A stretch of DNA of 64,000 bases from an uncultured Chloroflexia bacterium (GTDB lineage: Bacteria; Chloroflexota; Limnocylindria; Limnocylindrales; CSP1-4), in the NCBI GenBank assembly GCA_963813535.1, contig CAWEZH010000002.1, forward strand, positions 1,760,001-1,824,000. The letters run 5' to 3'. The notes under the pieces are model-generated. The model was not told the origin of the DNA. It ran no database searches and saw only the letters and a list, made by a program, of their open reading frames with translations. Positions within the stretch are counted from its first letter, which is position 1. Every line of letters begins with the position of its first letter. Both the position numbers and the translations under genes were made by a program. Of this stretch, positions 36,828-47,099 are shown piece after piece.

Positions 36828-39752
36828 ATGACCGCACAGCTCCCGCCTCGGCCCATCGACGCGACGCTCTCCGTCACCAAAGCGGCGCGTCTGCTCGGCG
36901 TGCATCCGAACACGGTCCGCGCCTGGAGTGATGCCGGACGGCTGCGCTTCTATCGGATCAACCCGCGGGGCGATCGACGCTATCGGTTGAGTGACCTCCA
37001 GCGGTTCCTCGCGGTCGCCGAACGGAGCGCCATCGAGTCGCCCCGGCGTCACCAGGTGGGGCGGCGGTCCGTCGATACCGATCCAGGCGGCGACGCTCAC
37101 CTGGACCTCGGCCACCTCGAGACGGCCGACACGTCCCGCCATCGACGCGACCTTGCGCTGCTGGACGCCATCGCCCGCGAGCCGTTCGGCCAGACGACCA
37201 TCCAGGAGGACCTCGACCGCGTCGCCGATCACATGCGGGAGGCGGGCGACCGAGCCCTCGTCGCGATCTGGGAGCGACGCGACGAGCGACTGGCGCCCGT
37301 GGCGATCGCCGTACCGCCGGGGGTCACACCGCCGCGACTGCTCGACCTCCCGAAGGGCTTCGGGGTGCTCGGTCAGGCCATCGAGTTCGCGACCGGACGC
37401 GGGACGCGGGACGCGGAATCGGCGCCCGGCGCGTCGGCAGTGATCGCCGGTGGCAGCGACCGCGTCACCACCACGGTCCTGCCCGGTGATCGCGAGGAAT
37501 TGGCGGCGGCCATCCCCGGCCGCGACGGGCCGTGGGGCGCCGTGCTCGTCGTCGCGGCACCTGGCGAACGCTTCGATCCGGCCGACCGCGACCTCGCCAC
37601 CGTGATGGCCGACGCGATCGGCGCCATCGTCGGCGTCGTCCGACGCGAGGAGGAGGTCGCCCACCTGCTCCACCGGGCCGAGGCGCTGCGGCGGGTGGCG
37701 GGCGACATCGGCAGCGGGCTGGACCTCGATCGGATCCTGGCCGGCCTCGTCGGCCACGCGATGGTGTTGTTCGAGGGCGACCGCGCCGCCGTGTTCCTGC
37801 GCCAGCCCGACGGCAGGGTCGTCGCCGAGGTCAGTCGAGGCCTGTCGGCCGCCTACCTTGCGGCCGTCCGCGATTTCCCGGCACGAAGCCTCCCGAACGA
37901 CGCGATCGCTGCCCGCCGTCCGCTGTTCTCGACCGACTATCGCAACGACCCGCGCGGCTCCGACGTCCGCGCGGCCGTGGTGCAGGAGGGCTTCGACACG
38001 ATGTGCACCGCGCCGCTGCTCGACGGCGACGAGGTGCTCGGCCTCCTCAACGTGTACCACGACACCGCGCACGAATGGACCGGCGACGAGCTCGAAACGA
38101 TCACCGCCCTCGCCACCCAGGCCAGCGTCGCGATCCGAACGGCGCAGAACTTCGAACAGATGGCGACATGGGCAGCACAGCTCCAGTCGATCCAGCAGCT
38201 CGGGGCGCGGCTGAACCACCTCTCCAACGTCCAGGACATCGGTCTTGCGATCGGGACCGAGCTCCGGCAGCTCATCGACTACCACAACGTCCGCGTCTAC
38301 CGCCGCTTCGGTGACGAGCTGGCACCCGTCGCCTTCCGTGGGCAGGTCGGCGAATACATCGACGAGACACCGGATCAGCTCAAGGTGGCCATGGGCGAAG
38401 GCATCACCGGCTGGGTCGCCGAGCACCGGATCGCCCAGTACCTGCCAGACGCCAGCACCGACCCGCGCGCGAACACCATCCCTGGCACCGAGGACGACCT
38501 CGACGAATCGATGCTGCTCGCGCCGATGCTGTTCGAGGACGACGTCCTCGGCGTGCTCGTCCTGTCGAAGCTCGGTCTCCACCAGTTCAGCGACGACGAC
38601 CTTCGCCTGCTGGTGATCTACGCGAGCTTCGCGGCGCAGGCCATGGCCAATGCCGACGCGACCGAGCGGCTCCGCCAGCAGTCGGCCGCCCTCGAGCAGC
38701 AGCTCCGTAGCCAGCGGGCGCTGCTGCAGATCACCGAGTCGATCCTGACGACGCTCGACGGCAAGGCCGTCCTCGAGGGCATCACCGAGCGCCTCGGCGG
38801 GCTGATCGCCTGCGACAACGTCGCGATCGAGGTGATCGATCCGACGACCGGCCTCCTGACGCCACTGACCGCGCGTGGCGTCCACGCCGAGGCGTACATG
38901 GAGCCGTGGGAGCCCGGCGAGACCGGTGTCGCGACGTGGGTGGTCGAGCACAACGAGCCGGTCTATGTCGAGGATGAGCGCCACGATCCACGGGTCAACC
39001 ACTTCCGCGGCCCCGACGTCGATGAATCGTCGATGGACGGCAGCCTGATCGGCGTGCCGCTGCGTGGCCGGTCCGGCGCCATCGGCGTCATGACGATCGA
39101 GCGGCTCGGCGTCGGCAATACGTTCACCGCCGAGGAGTTCGACCTCGTGAAGCTCTTCGCGGCGCAGGTATCGATCGCGCTCCAGAACGCCGAGGTCTAC
39201 CGCGATATCGAGATCCGGGCGCAGACCGACGGGTTGACCGACCTGCTGAACCACGCGACGTTCGAGGAGCACATCGGTCGTGCGGTCCGTGACGGCGGCG
39301 CATTCGGCCTGATCATGCTCGACCTCGACGACTTCCGCGATGTCAACAACCGGATGGGCCACCAGGCTGGCGACGGGGAGCTGCGACGCATCGCGAGCGC
39401 GCTCACGCGTTCGGGTCGCGACACGGACCTCGTGTTCCGCTACGGTGGCGACGAGTTCGCCTTCCTGCTGCCAGGCGCCGACGCAGCCGGCGCGCAACGG
39501 GCGGCCGAGCGTGCCTGCGCCGCGGTGCGTGGACTCGGTGGCCCCGTGACGGCGTCGGTCGGCGTCGCGACGTTCCCGGCCGACGGGGACACCGCCGCTG
39601 AGGTGTTGCTCGCCGCCGACCGGGCATGCTTCGTCGCCAAGCGCGGTGGCCGCGACCGGGTGGCGACCGCCGCCGAAGGTCTCGCGCTCGCCGCCGAGTT
39701 CCGGCCGCAGGCGCCGACGCCGGTCGACTCGGAGGTCGAGTCCGCACTCTGA
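36828..39752 (+). CDS. MerR/BldC-like HTH + multiple GAF + GGDEF diguanylate cyclase
   Basis: LSVTKAARLLGVHPNTVRAWSDAG...GDRRY; at least 3 GAF domains; TDGLTDLLN, RDTD I-site, YGGDEF. Confidence 0.92.
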   Translation: MTAQLPPRPIDATLSVTKAARLLGVHPNTVRAWSDAGRLRFYRINPRGDRRYRLSDLQRFLAVAERSAIESPRRHQVGRRSVDTDPGGDAHLDLGHLETADTSRHRRDLALLDAIAREPFGQTTIQEDLDRVADHMREAGDRALVAIWERRDERLAPVAIAVPPGVTPPRLLDLPKGFGVLGQAIEFATGRGTRDAESAPGASAVIAGGSDRVTTTVLPGDREELAAAIPGRDGPWGAVLVVAAPGERFDPADRDLATVMADAIGAIVGVVRREEEVAHLLHRAEALRRVAGDIGSGLDLDRILAGLVGHAMVLFEGDRAAVFLRQPDGRVVAEVSRGLSAAYLAAVRDFPARSLPNDAIAARRPLFSTDYRNDPRGSDVRAAVVQEGFDTMCTAPLLDGDEVLGLLNVYHDTAHEWTGDELETITALATQASVAIRTAQNFEQMATWAAQLQSIQQLGARLNHLSNVQDIGLAIGTELRQLIDYHNVRVYRRFGDELAPVAFRGQVGEYIDETPDQLKVAMGEGITGWVAEHRIAQYLPDASTDPRANTIPGTEDDLDESMLLAPMLFEDDVLGVLVLSKLGLHQFSDDDLRLLVIYASFAAQAMANADATERLRQQSAALEQQLRSQRALLQITESILTTLDGKAVLEGITERLGGLIACDNVAIEVIDPTTGLLTPLTARGVHAEAYMEPWEPGETGVATWVVEHNEPVYVEDERHDPRVNHFRGPDVDESSMDGSLIGVPLRGRSGAIGVMTIERLGVGNTFTAEEFDLVKLFAAQVSIALQNAEVYRDIEIRAQTDGLTDLLNHATFEEHIGRAVRDGGAFGLIMLDLDDFRDVNNRMGHQAGDGELRRIASALTRSGRDTDLVFRYGGDEFAFLLPGADAAGAQRAAERACAAVRGLGGPVTASVGVATFPADGDTAAEVLLAADRACFVAKRGGRDRVATAAEGLALAAEFRPQAPTPVDSEVESAL

Positions 39753-39804
39753 CGTCGCGGGCCTGCCGACTGCACGGATACGCGATCCCGGTGACGATGG
39801 TCCG

Positions 39805-40269
39805 ATGAGCGGATGGCTGGGACGCGTCGCCGCCCTCGGCGCGGTCGCGATGTTGGCCGCGTCGTGCATCCCATCCACGGCGCAGCGCCCGCCGACGGCC
39901 GGTACGGGATCGTCGGCCGGGCCGTCGATCGTCCAGGAGTCGCCGGTGGCCTCGGCATCCAGCCCGTCGACCAGGCCGTCATTCGTCCGGCCGACCCCGA
40001 CCCCCTTGCCGACATTCCTCGTCTACATGGTCAGGCCGGGGGACACGCTGACGTCGATCGCCCGTACCCATGGCACGACGGCACGCAGCATCGCGTTCTG
40101 GAACCGGACTCGCTACCCATCCCTCGATCCCGACTCGCCGACGTACTCGCCGAACCGCATCGAGGTGGGCTGGGAGCTTGTCCTGATCCCGGACGTGGAG
40201 CTCGACCCCGAGGAGCTGCCCGAGCCGTCGCCGTCGATCCCGCCTCCGTCGGCGTCGCCGTCGGGTTGA
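39805..40269 (+). CDS. LysM domain lipoprotein
   Basis: Lipobox-like LAASC, Pro/Ser linker, YMVRPGDTLTSIA...N...IEVGWEL. Confidence 0.82.
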   Translation: MSGWLGRVAALGAVAMLAASCIPSTAQRPPTAGTGSSAGPSIVQESPVASASSPSTRPSFVRPTPTPLPTFLVYMVRPGDTLTSIARTHGTTARSIAFWNRTRYPSLDPDSPTYSPNRIEVGWELVLIPDVELDPEELPEPSPSIPPPSASPSG

Positions 40270-40301
40270 CCAACGCCGCAGGGCTCGAGCGCGGCCGGTC
40301 G

Positions 40302-41159
40302 TCAGCCGCCGGCGAGGTCGATGAGGAACGGGAAGACGTACAGCTTCGAGGTGATCCCGGCAAAACCAAGGGCCGTGAACGCGGCCAACTGCGCGGCGAA
40401 AGCGAGCAGAAGGAGTCGGTCGGCCGGGTCGTACCTGAGTTCGCGCAGCCATGACCGGCGGCCGGTCCCGAACGCACGCAGGTCCATCGCGTCGATCGTG
40501 TCCTCGGCGCCGGCGATCGCGTTGACGACCGTCGGCACCACCACGGGCGTCGACCGCCGGAGCCGCGACAGGAAGCCGGTCGCACCCGCCGACCAGTCGA
40601 AGCCGCGGATACGCTGCGCGTCGACCGTCGTCTGGAAATCTGCGGCAAGCGACGGCAGGAACCGGAACGTCAGGTCGATGCCGAACGCGAACTTCTCGGG
40701 GACACCGAGACGTCGGAAGGCGACGCCGAAGTCGGACGGCGCGATCGCGAAGGCCACCGGGAAGCCGATCGTCGCCATCGCGAGATAGCGCGTGAATTGG
40801 GTCACCGCAAGGCTCACCGACTCCGCGGTGATCGGCGTCCCGAGGATCGGCAGGGTGAACAGCAGGTGGTGCTCGGTCGGCGGCAGGCCCTGGACGTCAC
40901 CGCCGAAGACGAACAGGTTCACGCTGACCAGCAGGCCGATGAACACGAACACGACCGTCCAATTGCGCCGGATGTGCTTCCAGGGGATGCCGGCGGACCG
41001 GTAGTACACGACGGCCACGCCGAGGAGCAGGAGCAGGAAGCGTTCGTCCCAGACCTGCAGGACCGTGAAGATGTAGAGCGCGACGACGAGGATCAGGACG
41101 CGGGGATCGCGACGTGCAAGCCACGATCCCCGGCCCAGATACCGCGGGGCGATGTTCAC
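40302..41159 (-). CDS. ECF transporter transmembrane T component
   Basis: RDPRV, RFLPSL, AQRIRG, AMDLRAFG. Confidence 0.93.
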   Translation of the reverse strand: MNIAPRYLGRGSWLARRDPRVLILVVALYIFTVLQVWDERFLLLLLGVAVVYYRSAGIPWKHIRRNWTVVFVFIGLLVSVNLFVFGGDVQGLPPTEHHLLFTLPILGTPITAESVSLAVTQFTRYLAMATIGFPVAFAIAPSDFGVAFRRLGVPEKFAFGIDLTFRFLPSLAADFQTTVDAQRIRGFDWSAGATGFLSRLRRSTPVVVPTVVNAIAGAEDTIDAMDLRAFGTGRRSWLRELRYDPADRLLLLAFAAQLAAFTALGFAGITSKLYVFPFLIDLAGG

Positions 41160-41190
41160 GAGTCGGCCCCGCGATGCGTGCGCCCAGCGC

Positions 41191-41757
41191 CTAGCGGCCC
41201 AGCTGGGCCTTCACCGGCTCCCAGGCGTAGACGAGGATCGGCACGAGGATGATCGTCCCGATCAGGTCGCCGACGATGACCGGGATGTACAGGGTCGTGA
41301 GGATCGTCCCGATGTCCATGCCCTGGAGGATCGCGTCGGTGAACACGAACAGGAAGCCGATCACCACCGCGATGGAGCCGGCCACGGCGCCGCCGATCGC
41401 GCGGTCGCGGAGCGAGCCGTTCGTCCAGCGGGCGAGATACACGGGGGCGAGGCCGGCGATCAGGCCGACCAGGCCGTTGGCGATGCTCCAGTTCCAGGAC
41501 GTCAGTGCGCCCCAGCCGGAGATCTGGTCTCCGATGGCGTTTCCGACCAGTCCGGTGAAGAAGCCGACGATCGGGCCGAACGCGTAGCCGAAGAACGGCA
41601 CGAGCGCGAACGCCGGTCGGACCGAAACGGTGCTGCCGGGGATCGGCACCTGGGCGACGAGCAGGATGCCGTACAGCGCCGCGCCGATGGCGGAGTAGAC
41701 GATGGTCCGCGACGTGACCTCCCAGAGGCGATCGCGATCCATGGTTGTGGTCGTCAT
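41191..41757 (-). CDS. ECF transporter S component (UPF0397/MtsT-like)
   Basis: IVYSAIGAALY, FGPIVGFFTGLVGNAIGD, WNW; about 6 TM. Confidence 0.85.
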   Translation of the reverse strand: MTTTTMDRDRLWEVTSRTIVYSAIGAALYGILLVAQVPIPGSTVSVRPAFALVPFFGYAFGPIVGFFTGLVGNAIGDQISGWGALTSWNWSIANGLVGLIAGLAPVYLARWTNGSLRDRAIGGAVAGSIAVVIGFLFVFTDAILQGMDIGTILTTLYIPVIVGDLIGTIILVPILVYAWEPVKAQLGR

Positions 41758-41800
41758 GGTTTCCATTCCCTCCTGTGACACAAGCGTGAAAGCTTCCGAT

Positions 41801-43535
41801 TCAGTGCTCGGTCAACAGTTCACCTGCCGCGGCCTCCCTTCCGGGCCCTCGTCGTCGTCCCGGGTCCTGGGCGATGACCCGGCGCGCAAGCGATTCAGCA
41901 TCGAGGAACTTCCCATCCCTCGCGCCATACCGTGTGTTCGCCTCCATCAGCGAGGTCACTCGCAGATCGCACGCCCTCCAGCGCGCCGTGTCGGCGATCA
42001 CGTCCATCGGGGCTCCGTCGGCGATCACCCGACCGTCCCGAAACAGGAGGATACGGTCTGCATGCGTCAATGCAAGGTCCACGTCATGCGTGACGAAGTA
42101 CAGACTCTCCAGACCCGGGATGGCCACGACCTCGCGCATGAACGCGTGGGCCGTCCGGTGATCCTGTCCTGCTGACGGCTCGTCGAGGATGAGCGTCGCC
42201 GGCCGGAGGGCCAGGGCGATGGCCAGCGCGAGGCGTTTCTGCTGGCCGAACGACATCGCGAGCGGAGGCCGCTCGCGCACGTCTTCGAGGTCGGCGAGGG
42301 ACGTCCGCCGCAACACATCCTCGACCAGCGCCTCGAATGTTTCTGGATCGCGCCCGAGCATGCGTGGTCCGAAGAGCAACTCCTCTTCGACCGTCCGAGC
42401 GAACAGCATCTGGCTCGGGCTCTGGAACACGTAGCCGAACGTTTCGACCAGGTCGGTCGTGCGCCGGTCGGCGATCGTCCGGCCGTCGACGAGGACCGCT
42501 CCGCCGCTGATGCCGAGCAGTCGCATGGCCGTGCGGAACAGGGTGGTCTTGCCCGAGCCGTTCGGCCCGAGGACCGCGACGGTCTCCGTGGCGCCCAGCC
42601 TGGCATCGACCCCGAGCAGGATCTCGGTATCCATGATCGAGGCCGTGACATCCCGGAATTCGAGACGTGGCGGACGCTCGTCCTGCTTCTCGGGGAGCTG
42701 GCTGCGGCGTCCCCGGCCGCGGTTCTGGTGCCGTCGGTGGTCTGTCGTCCGGTGATGTCTCGGCGAGCCGTCGCACGACCACCTCGAACGGCAGCTTGAC
42801 CGACTCCGGGTCGGCGACCTCGAGGAACCCCGCCACGGGACCGATGTAGCGGGTCGATCCGGTTTCGAGATACAGGACCCGGTCGGGCCGCAGGTCGAGC
42901 GACTCCTCGACGCGGTGCTCGACGATCACGATGGCGCTGCCCTCGTCGGCGAGCGATCGCAGCAACGCCAGCAGGCGCTCGGCCGTCGCCGGATCGAGAT
43001 TCGCGAGCGGCTCGTCGACCACGAACAGGCGCGGGCGCAGCATCAGGATCCCGGCCACGGCGAGCAGCTGTCGCTCGCCGCCCGACAGCGCGCTCGTCTC
43101 GCGACCGAGCAGCCGGTGGATGCCGGCCTGGTCGGCGACCTCGCGGATCCGTTCGCGGATCTCCTCGCGCGGGATGCCGAAGTTCTCCGGCCCGAACGCC
43201 AGCTCCGCCTCGACCGTCGCCCCGACGATCTGCTTGGCCGGGTCCTGCAGCACCGTCCCGACCGTCCTGGCCAGATCGCGCAAGCGCAACTCCCGCGTGT
43301 CCTGCCCGTCGACCAGGATCGAGCCGCTGAGCTCGCCCGAGTAGGCGTGCGGGATCAGGCCGTTGATGGCCCGGATGAGCGTGCTCTTGCCGCAACCCGA
43401 CGGACCCGCCACCAGGACGACCTCGCCGGGCGACACGTCGAGCGAGACGTCGCGGATCGCCGGCTCCGAGGCGCGCCGGTAGCGAAAGGTCAGGCTGTCG
43501 ATCGCCACGATCGGCGTCGAACCAGGGTCGGTCAC
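41801..43535 (-). CDS. ECF transporter dual ATPase (frameshift near 42700)
   Basis: GPSGCGKS/LSGGE/DEPLANLD in the first half; GPNGSGKT/MSFGQ/DEPSAGQD in the second half in another frame. Confidence 0.9.
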
Positions 43536-44378
43536 GCCTCGAGGACCTCGATGCGGATCGGCGTATCGATCTGGAGCCCGAAACGCTCCGCGGCCGAACC
43601 CTGGTTGACGGCGATCCCGAGGCCGCCGTAGTCGGCGTCCTCGTACAGGAGCGGCTCGCCGGCTGCGACCTCGCCGAACGTGACGTGCCACGGGACCACG
43701 ACGCCCGGCTCCGGGATCGCTCCGCCGGTCACCAGGAACCACCGACCCGCAAGCGACGCCGCATCCGGCGCGATCCCCGCGGCGCGTGCGAGGTCCTCCG
43801 GCCGGCCCGCCAGCCGGGCATTCCCGAACGAATCGATGAACAGCACGGCCGTCTCGAGGATGCCCTCGCCGACCCGCGGCTCCGGGAAGGTGATGTCGGT
43901 CAACGTCGCGGGATCGACCGCGGGACCCACGCCCTCCAACGACAGCCCGACGGCGAGATGCGCGGCGATGGGCGAGAAGATGTCTCGCCCGTGGAACGTC
44001 GATGAGACGGGGTCCAGGAAGAGCTCGGAGGACGTGATCTCATGGGCGGCCTCGAGGCCCCCGAGGGCGCGGGCGGCCGGCATCAGCAGGCCGTTGTCGG
44101 GCCCGACCAGCACGTCGCCGCGCCGTGCCCGGACCGCGATCGGCCGCCGTGCGGTCCCGACACCGGGGTCCACCACGGCCAGGTGGACGCCCACGGGCAG
44201 GTAGCCGACCATCCGCGCCAGCAGGAACGCGCCGTCACGCACTGCGTGCTTGCGGACCCCGTGGGTCAGGTCGAGGATGCGCGCGTCGGGCGCGATGCCC
44301 CACATCACGCCGCGGCACACGGCGGGTGCCGATTCGCGGGCCGAAATCGGTCAGGAACGAGATCAGTGGGCCGGCCAT
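43532..44378 (-). CDS. SAM hydroxide adenosyltransferase (DUF62) paralog 2 (frameshift near 44337)
   Basis: ISFLTDFG, VVDPGVGTAR, GPDNGLL, STFHGRDIF, IDSFGN, IAVNQGSA. Confidence 0.88.
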
Positions 44379-44400
44379 TCGGGTCGGTCTGGGTGGGCGT

Positions 44401-45225
44401 CTAGGCCGCGCGGATCCGCGCCGGTCGATCGAGCTCCAGGCCGAGCCGGCGCGCGGCGTCGCCCTGGTTGTCGGCCAGCGACAGCTGCCCCTCCGAGTCC
44501 GCCATCAGCAGCGACGAGCCGACCGGCACGCGCCCGAACGTGCGCTCCCAGACGGTCCGTTCCTGGATCGGCCCCGAGCCGTCGTACGCGGGGAAATCGA
44601 TGACGAGATCGCGACCCGGCTCGAGGGGTCCGACCGCGGCGACGAGATCATCCGGCGTGCCCGCAAGCGTGACGTTCCCGAAGATCAGGATGTTCGTGAT
44701 CGATGTGTCGAGCACGCCATCGCCCACCGTCGGGCGGATGTCGGGCAGCCGGACCAGGTCGTCGATCGGCACGGTCGGTCCGACCGACTCGAATGGCACC
44801 CCGTTGGCGAGGTGGGCGGCCATCGGCGAGAAGATGTCTCGGCCGTGGAAGCTCGACGTGATGACGGGCAGCATCAGGGCGCGGTTCTCCAGGACACGCG
44901 CCTCGACGATCCCGCCGAGGGTCTCGGCGGCGCTCACCAGCAATCCGTTGTCGGGACCGATGAGGACGTCGCCTCGGGCGACGCGCAGCGCAACGGGTAG
45001 CCGCTCCGTACCGACACCCGGATCGACGACGGCGACGTGGACGCCGACCGGCATGTGCTTCAGGGCGAAGTCGAGGGAGCGGGCACCGGAACGGATCGAG
45101 TACCGCGGCACCTGGTGGTTGATGTCGATGATGTTGGCGTCCGGGGAGATGCCGAACATCACGCCGCGGCAGACGGCCGGCGCCGACGGCCCGAAATCCG
45201 TGAGGAACGTGATGACCGGGCGCAT
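44401..45225 (-). CDS. SAM hydroxide adenosyltransferase (DUF62) paralog 1
   Basis: ITFLTDFG, VVDPGVGTER, GPDNGLL, SSFHGRDIF; leaderless TACCAT-N6-ATG. Confidence 0.9.
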   Translation of the reverse strand: MRPVITFLTDFGPSAPAVCRGVMFGISPDANIIDINHQVPRYSIRSGARSLDFALKHMPVGVHVAVVDPGVGTERLPVALRVARGDVLIGPDNGLLVSAAETLGGIVEARVLENRALMLPVITSSFHGRDIFSPMAAHLANGVPFESVGPTVPIDDLVRLPDIRPTVGDGVLDTSITNILIFGNVTLAGTPDDLVAAVGPLEPGRDLVIDFPAYDGSGPIQERTVWERTFGRVPVGSSLLMADSEGQLSLADNQGDAARRLGLELDRPARIRAA

Positions 45226-45347
45226 CGGCGGATGGTACCAAGGCCCCGGACGCGTCGAAGCGGTGCCGGGAGGAGGTTCGGCACCGCTTCGACTTTCGAC
45301 CGTTCGGACCGATGAGGACGGGCCGGACGACCGGGATGTAATCGCGA

Positions 45348-45720
45348 TCAGTGCGGTCGGGCGCGGCCCTCCGTCGGACGGTCCGAAACGACCGGCCTGG
45401 ACGAGCGCCCGCAGGAACAGCAGGTCATTCACCTGGCGGAGGGACCAGTGGACCTCCGCGATCGGGATGCCGCACATGAATGCGGTCAGCGTTGCGGCCT
45501 CGTCAGGCGCGAGACCCCGACTCACGAGATGGCGGTAGGTCGAGCGCGTCACCAGCTGGGTCGTCTCGTCCCTGGCCTGTGTCGAGCTCGCGGAGCGCTT
45601 CGGGATCGTGGCCGCGGAGCCACGTCCTGCCGAGGACGCCGCCCCTGCCGACGATGCCGACGAAGCGCGGCGAAGCGATCGCCCGCGTTCCCGTGAACCT
45701 CGCTGCACCGGCCCGGCCAT
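45348..45720 (-). CDS. Small hypothetical protein (apparent read-through into DUF62, probably from one extra G)
   Basis: Protein-like core TYRHLVSRGLAPDEAATLTAFMCGI...WSLRQVNDLLFLR; removing one G near 45367 gives ...RARPH-stop at 45348. Confidence 0.55.
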
Positions 45721-45902
45721 GTCCCACAGGACCCTCGTGTCTCTTGGTTCCGCCACGGACAGTCCGGTGCGGTACGGGGCATGCTGGTCGCGAGGCTGTC
45801 GGGTCGGCATGACCCATCGGTCCTATGCCGACGGTACTTCCGGCGACGACCCCGGGATGGTGACCTCGGGCAACGGACCGAGGGGTCGGTAGACTCCGCG
45901 CT

Positions 45903-47099
45903 GTGCGTGTACGACGGCTGGGATTGCGACTCATCGGGCTCGGCCTGGTCGGCGCGTGGGGCCTGGCCGCCGCGCTGATCCTCCTCGCGTATCGACCTGG
46001 TGGGCCACTCGACGTGGCGGTGGGGATCACGATGCTGGTCCCGCTCGGCATCGCCGCTGCCAGCGTGGTCTGGCCGCCGCTGACGCGGCGCGAGATCACC
46101 CACGCGGCGATCGTCGTGCTCGGCCTGGCGACGCTGCTCGTCCTGCTGCCGTCCATCGGCGGTGTGTGGAACCAGCTCCAGGCGCTGGGCTCGCAGACGC
46201 TGATGCCCTCGCTCGAGGCGGCGTACCCCTGGCTGCTCGCGCTCATCGGGACGAGTCTCTACACCGGGTTCGGGCAGGCGCGCAGGATGATCAGCGGCAC
46301 CGCCGGCCGTCGGCGCCGGATCCGCGTCGGGGTCGGGATCGCGGCCGCCCTGACGCTGCTGGCCGGGACCGCGTTCGGTGGCGCCGCCATCGCCAACGAG
46401 CTGACGCTGCGCGACCTCGATCGGCCGACACGAGCGTCGCGGTTCGGGCCGACGGAGCTCGGTGCCGGTACCGAGCCGCCGCACTGCGATGGCCGCCTCG
46501 TCGCCGGTCTGACGTCCCGCCTGACCGCCCATTTCGCCGGTTCGATCGACGGCCGCCAGAGCGGGACGGTCGACCTCGCCGGCCAGCGCGCCGCGTCTGA
46601 CTTCCGCTGGCTGGCCTACGTCGCTACCAACCGCGAGCTCGGACAGTACGGCCAGGCCCGGCACGGCGACGTCGCCTGGATCCGTACGCCGGTCGGCGGT
46701 TGGCAGCGCGCCACGGTGGCGTCGGTGGCCGATTCCACGCTCGACCTCCAGACCGTCCGCCACGCCCTCAACCCGGGGGCGCGGGCAGCCGCCGAGGACT
46801 ATGGCATCGAGGTCATCGAGCGGGCGCCGGCGAGGCGTTGTCGCGTATCGGTCGATGGACCGATATTCCGGGCCAGCTTCCCTCAGGTTCGGTGGCTCGT
46901 CGGCGATGACGACCTCGAGCACTGGCGTGGCCAGCTCGACTACTGGGTCTTCCTCGACGGCGCGCTCGGACAGGTGGCGGGGTCCGTCAACGGTGAGGGC
47001 GGCGGCCTCGAGGACGAGGCCATCCAGGGTCGAGTCGAGGTCTTCCTCACCGCCACGGATCGGGGCCGCGACAGCGTCATCCACGCGCCGGCGCCATGA
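45903..47099 (+). CDS. Hypothetical membrane protein (about 5 TM + C-terminal soluble beta-rich domain)
   Basis: Hydrophobic N-half; leaderless TAGACT-N7-GTG; ATGA overlap with the WYL gene. Confidence 0.75.
   Translation: MRVRRLGLRLIGLGLVGAWGLAAALILLAYRPGGPLDVAVGITMLVPLGIAAASVVWPPLTRREITHAAIVVLGLATLLVLLPSIGGVWNQLQALGSQTLMPSLEAAYPWLLALIGTSLYTGFGQARRMISGTAGRRRRIRVGVGIAAALTLLAGTAFGGAAIANELTLRDLDRPTRASRFGPTELGAGTEPPHCDGRLVAGLTSRLTAHFAGSIDGRQSGTVDLAGQRAASDFRWLAYVATNRELGQYGQARHGDVAWIRTPVGGWQRATVASVADSTLDLQTVRHALNPGARAAAEDYGIEVIERAPARRCRVSVDGPIFRASFPQVRWLVGDDDLEHWRGQLDYWVFLDGALGQVAGSVNGEGGGLEDEAIQGRVEVFLTATDRGRDSVIHAPAP

Noticed and set aside
36828-37020. Phage excisionase indicating a prophage
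   Set aside because: The HTH is fused in frame to GAF-GGDEF; no phage or integrase genes
1691-39878. Long antisense/alternative-frame ORFs (e.g. 1691-4075, 4199-6535, 8372-11332, 36684-39878)
   Set aside because: Shadow ORFs expected at high GC; Arg/Pro/Ala-rich with no motifs, and they overlap well-supported genes
43532-45225. Fluorinase/chlorinase
   Set aside because: Both keep the DUF62 hydrolase FHGRD motif rather than halogenase-type residues, and there is no biosynthetic cluster
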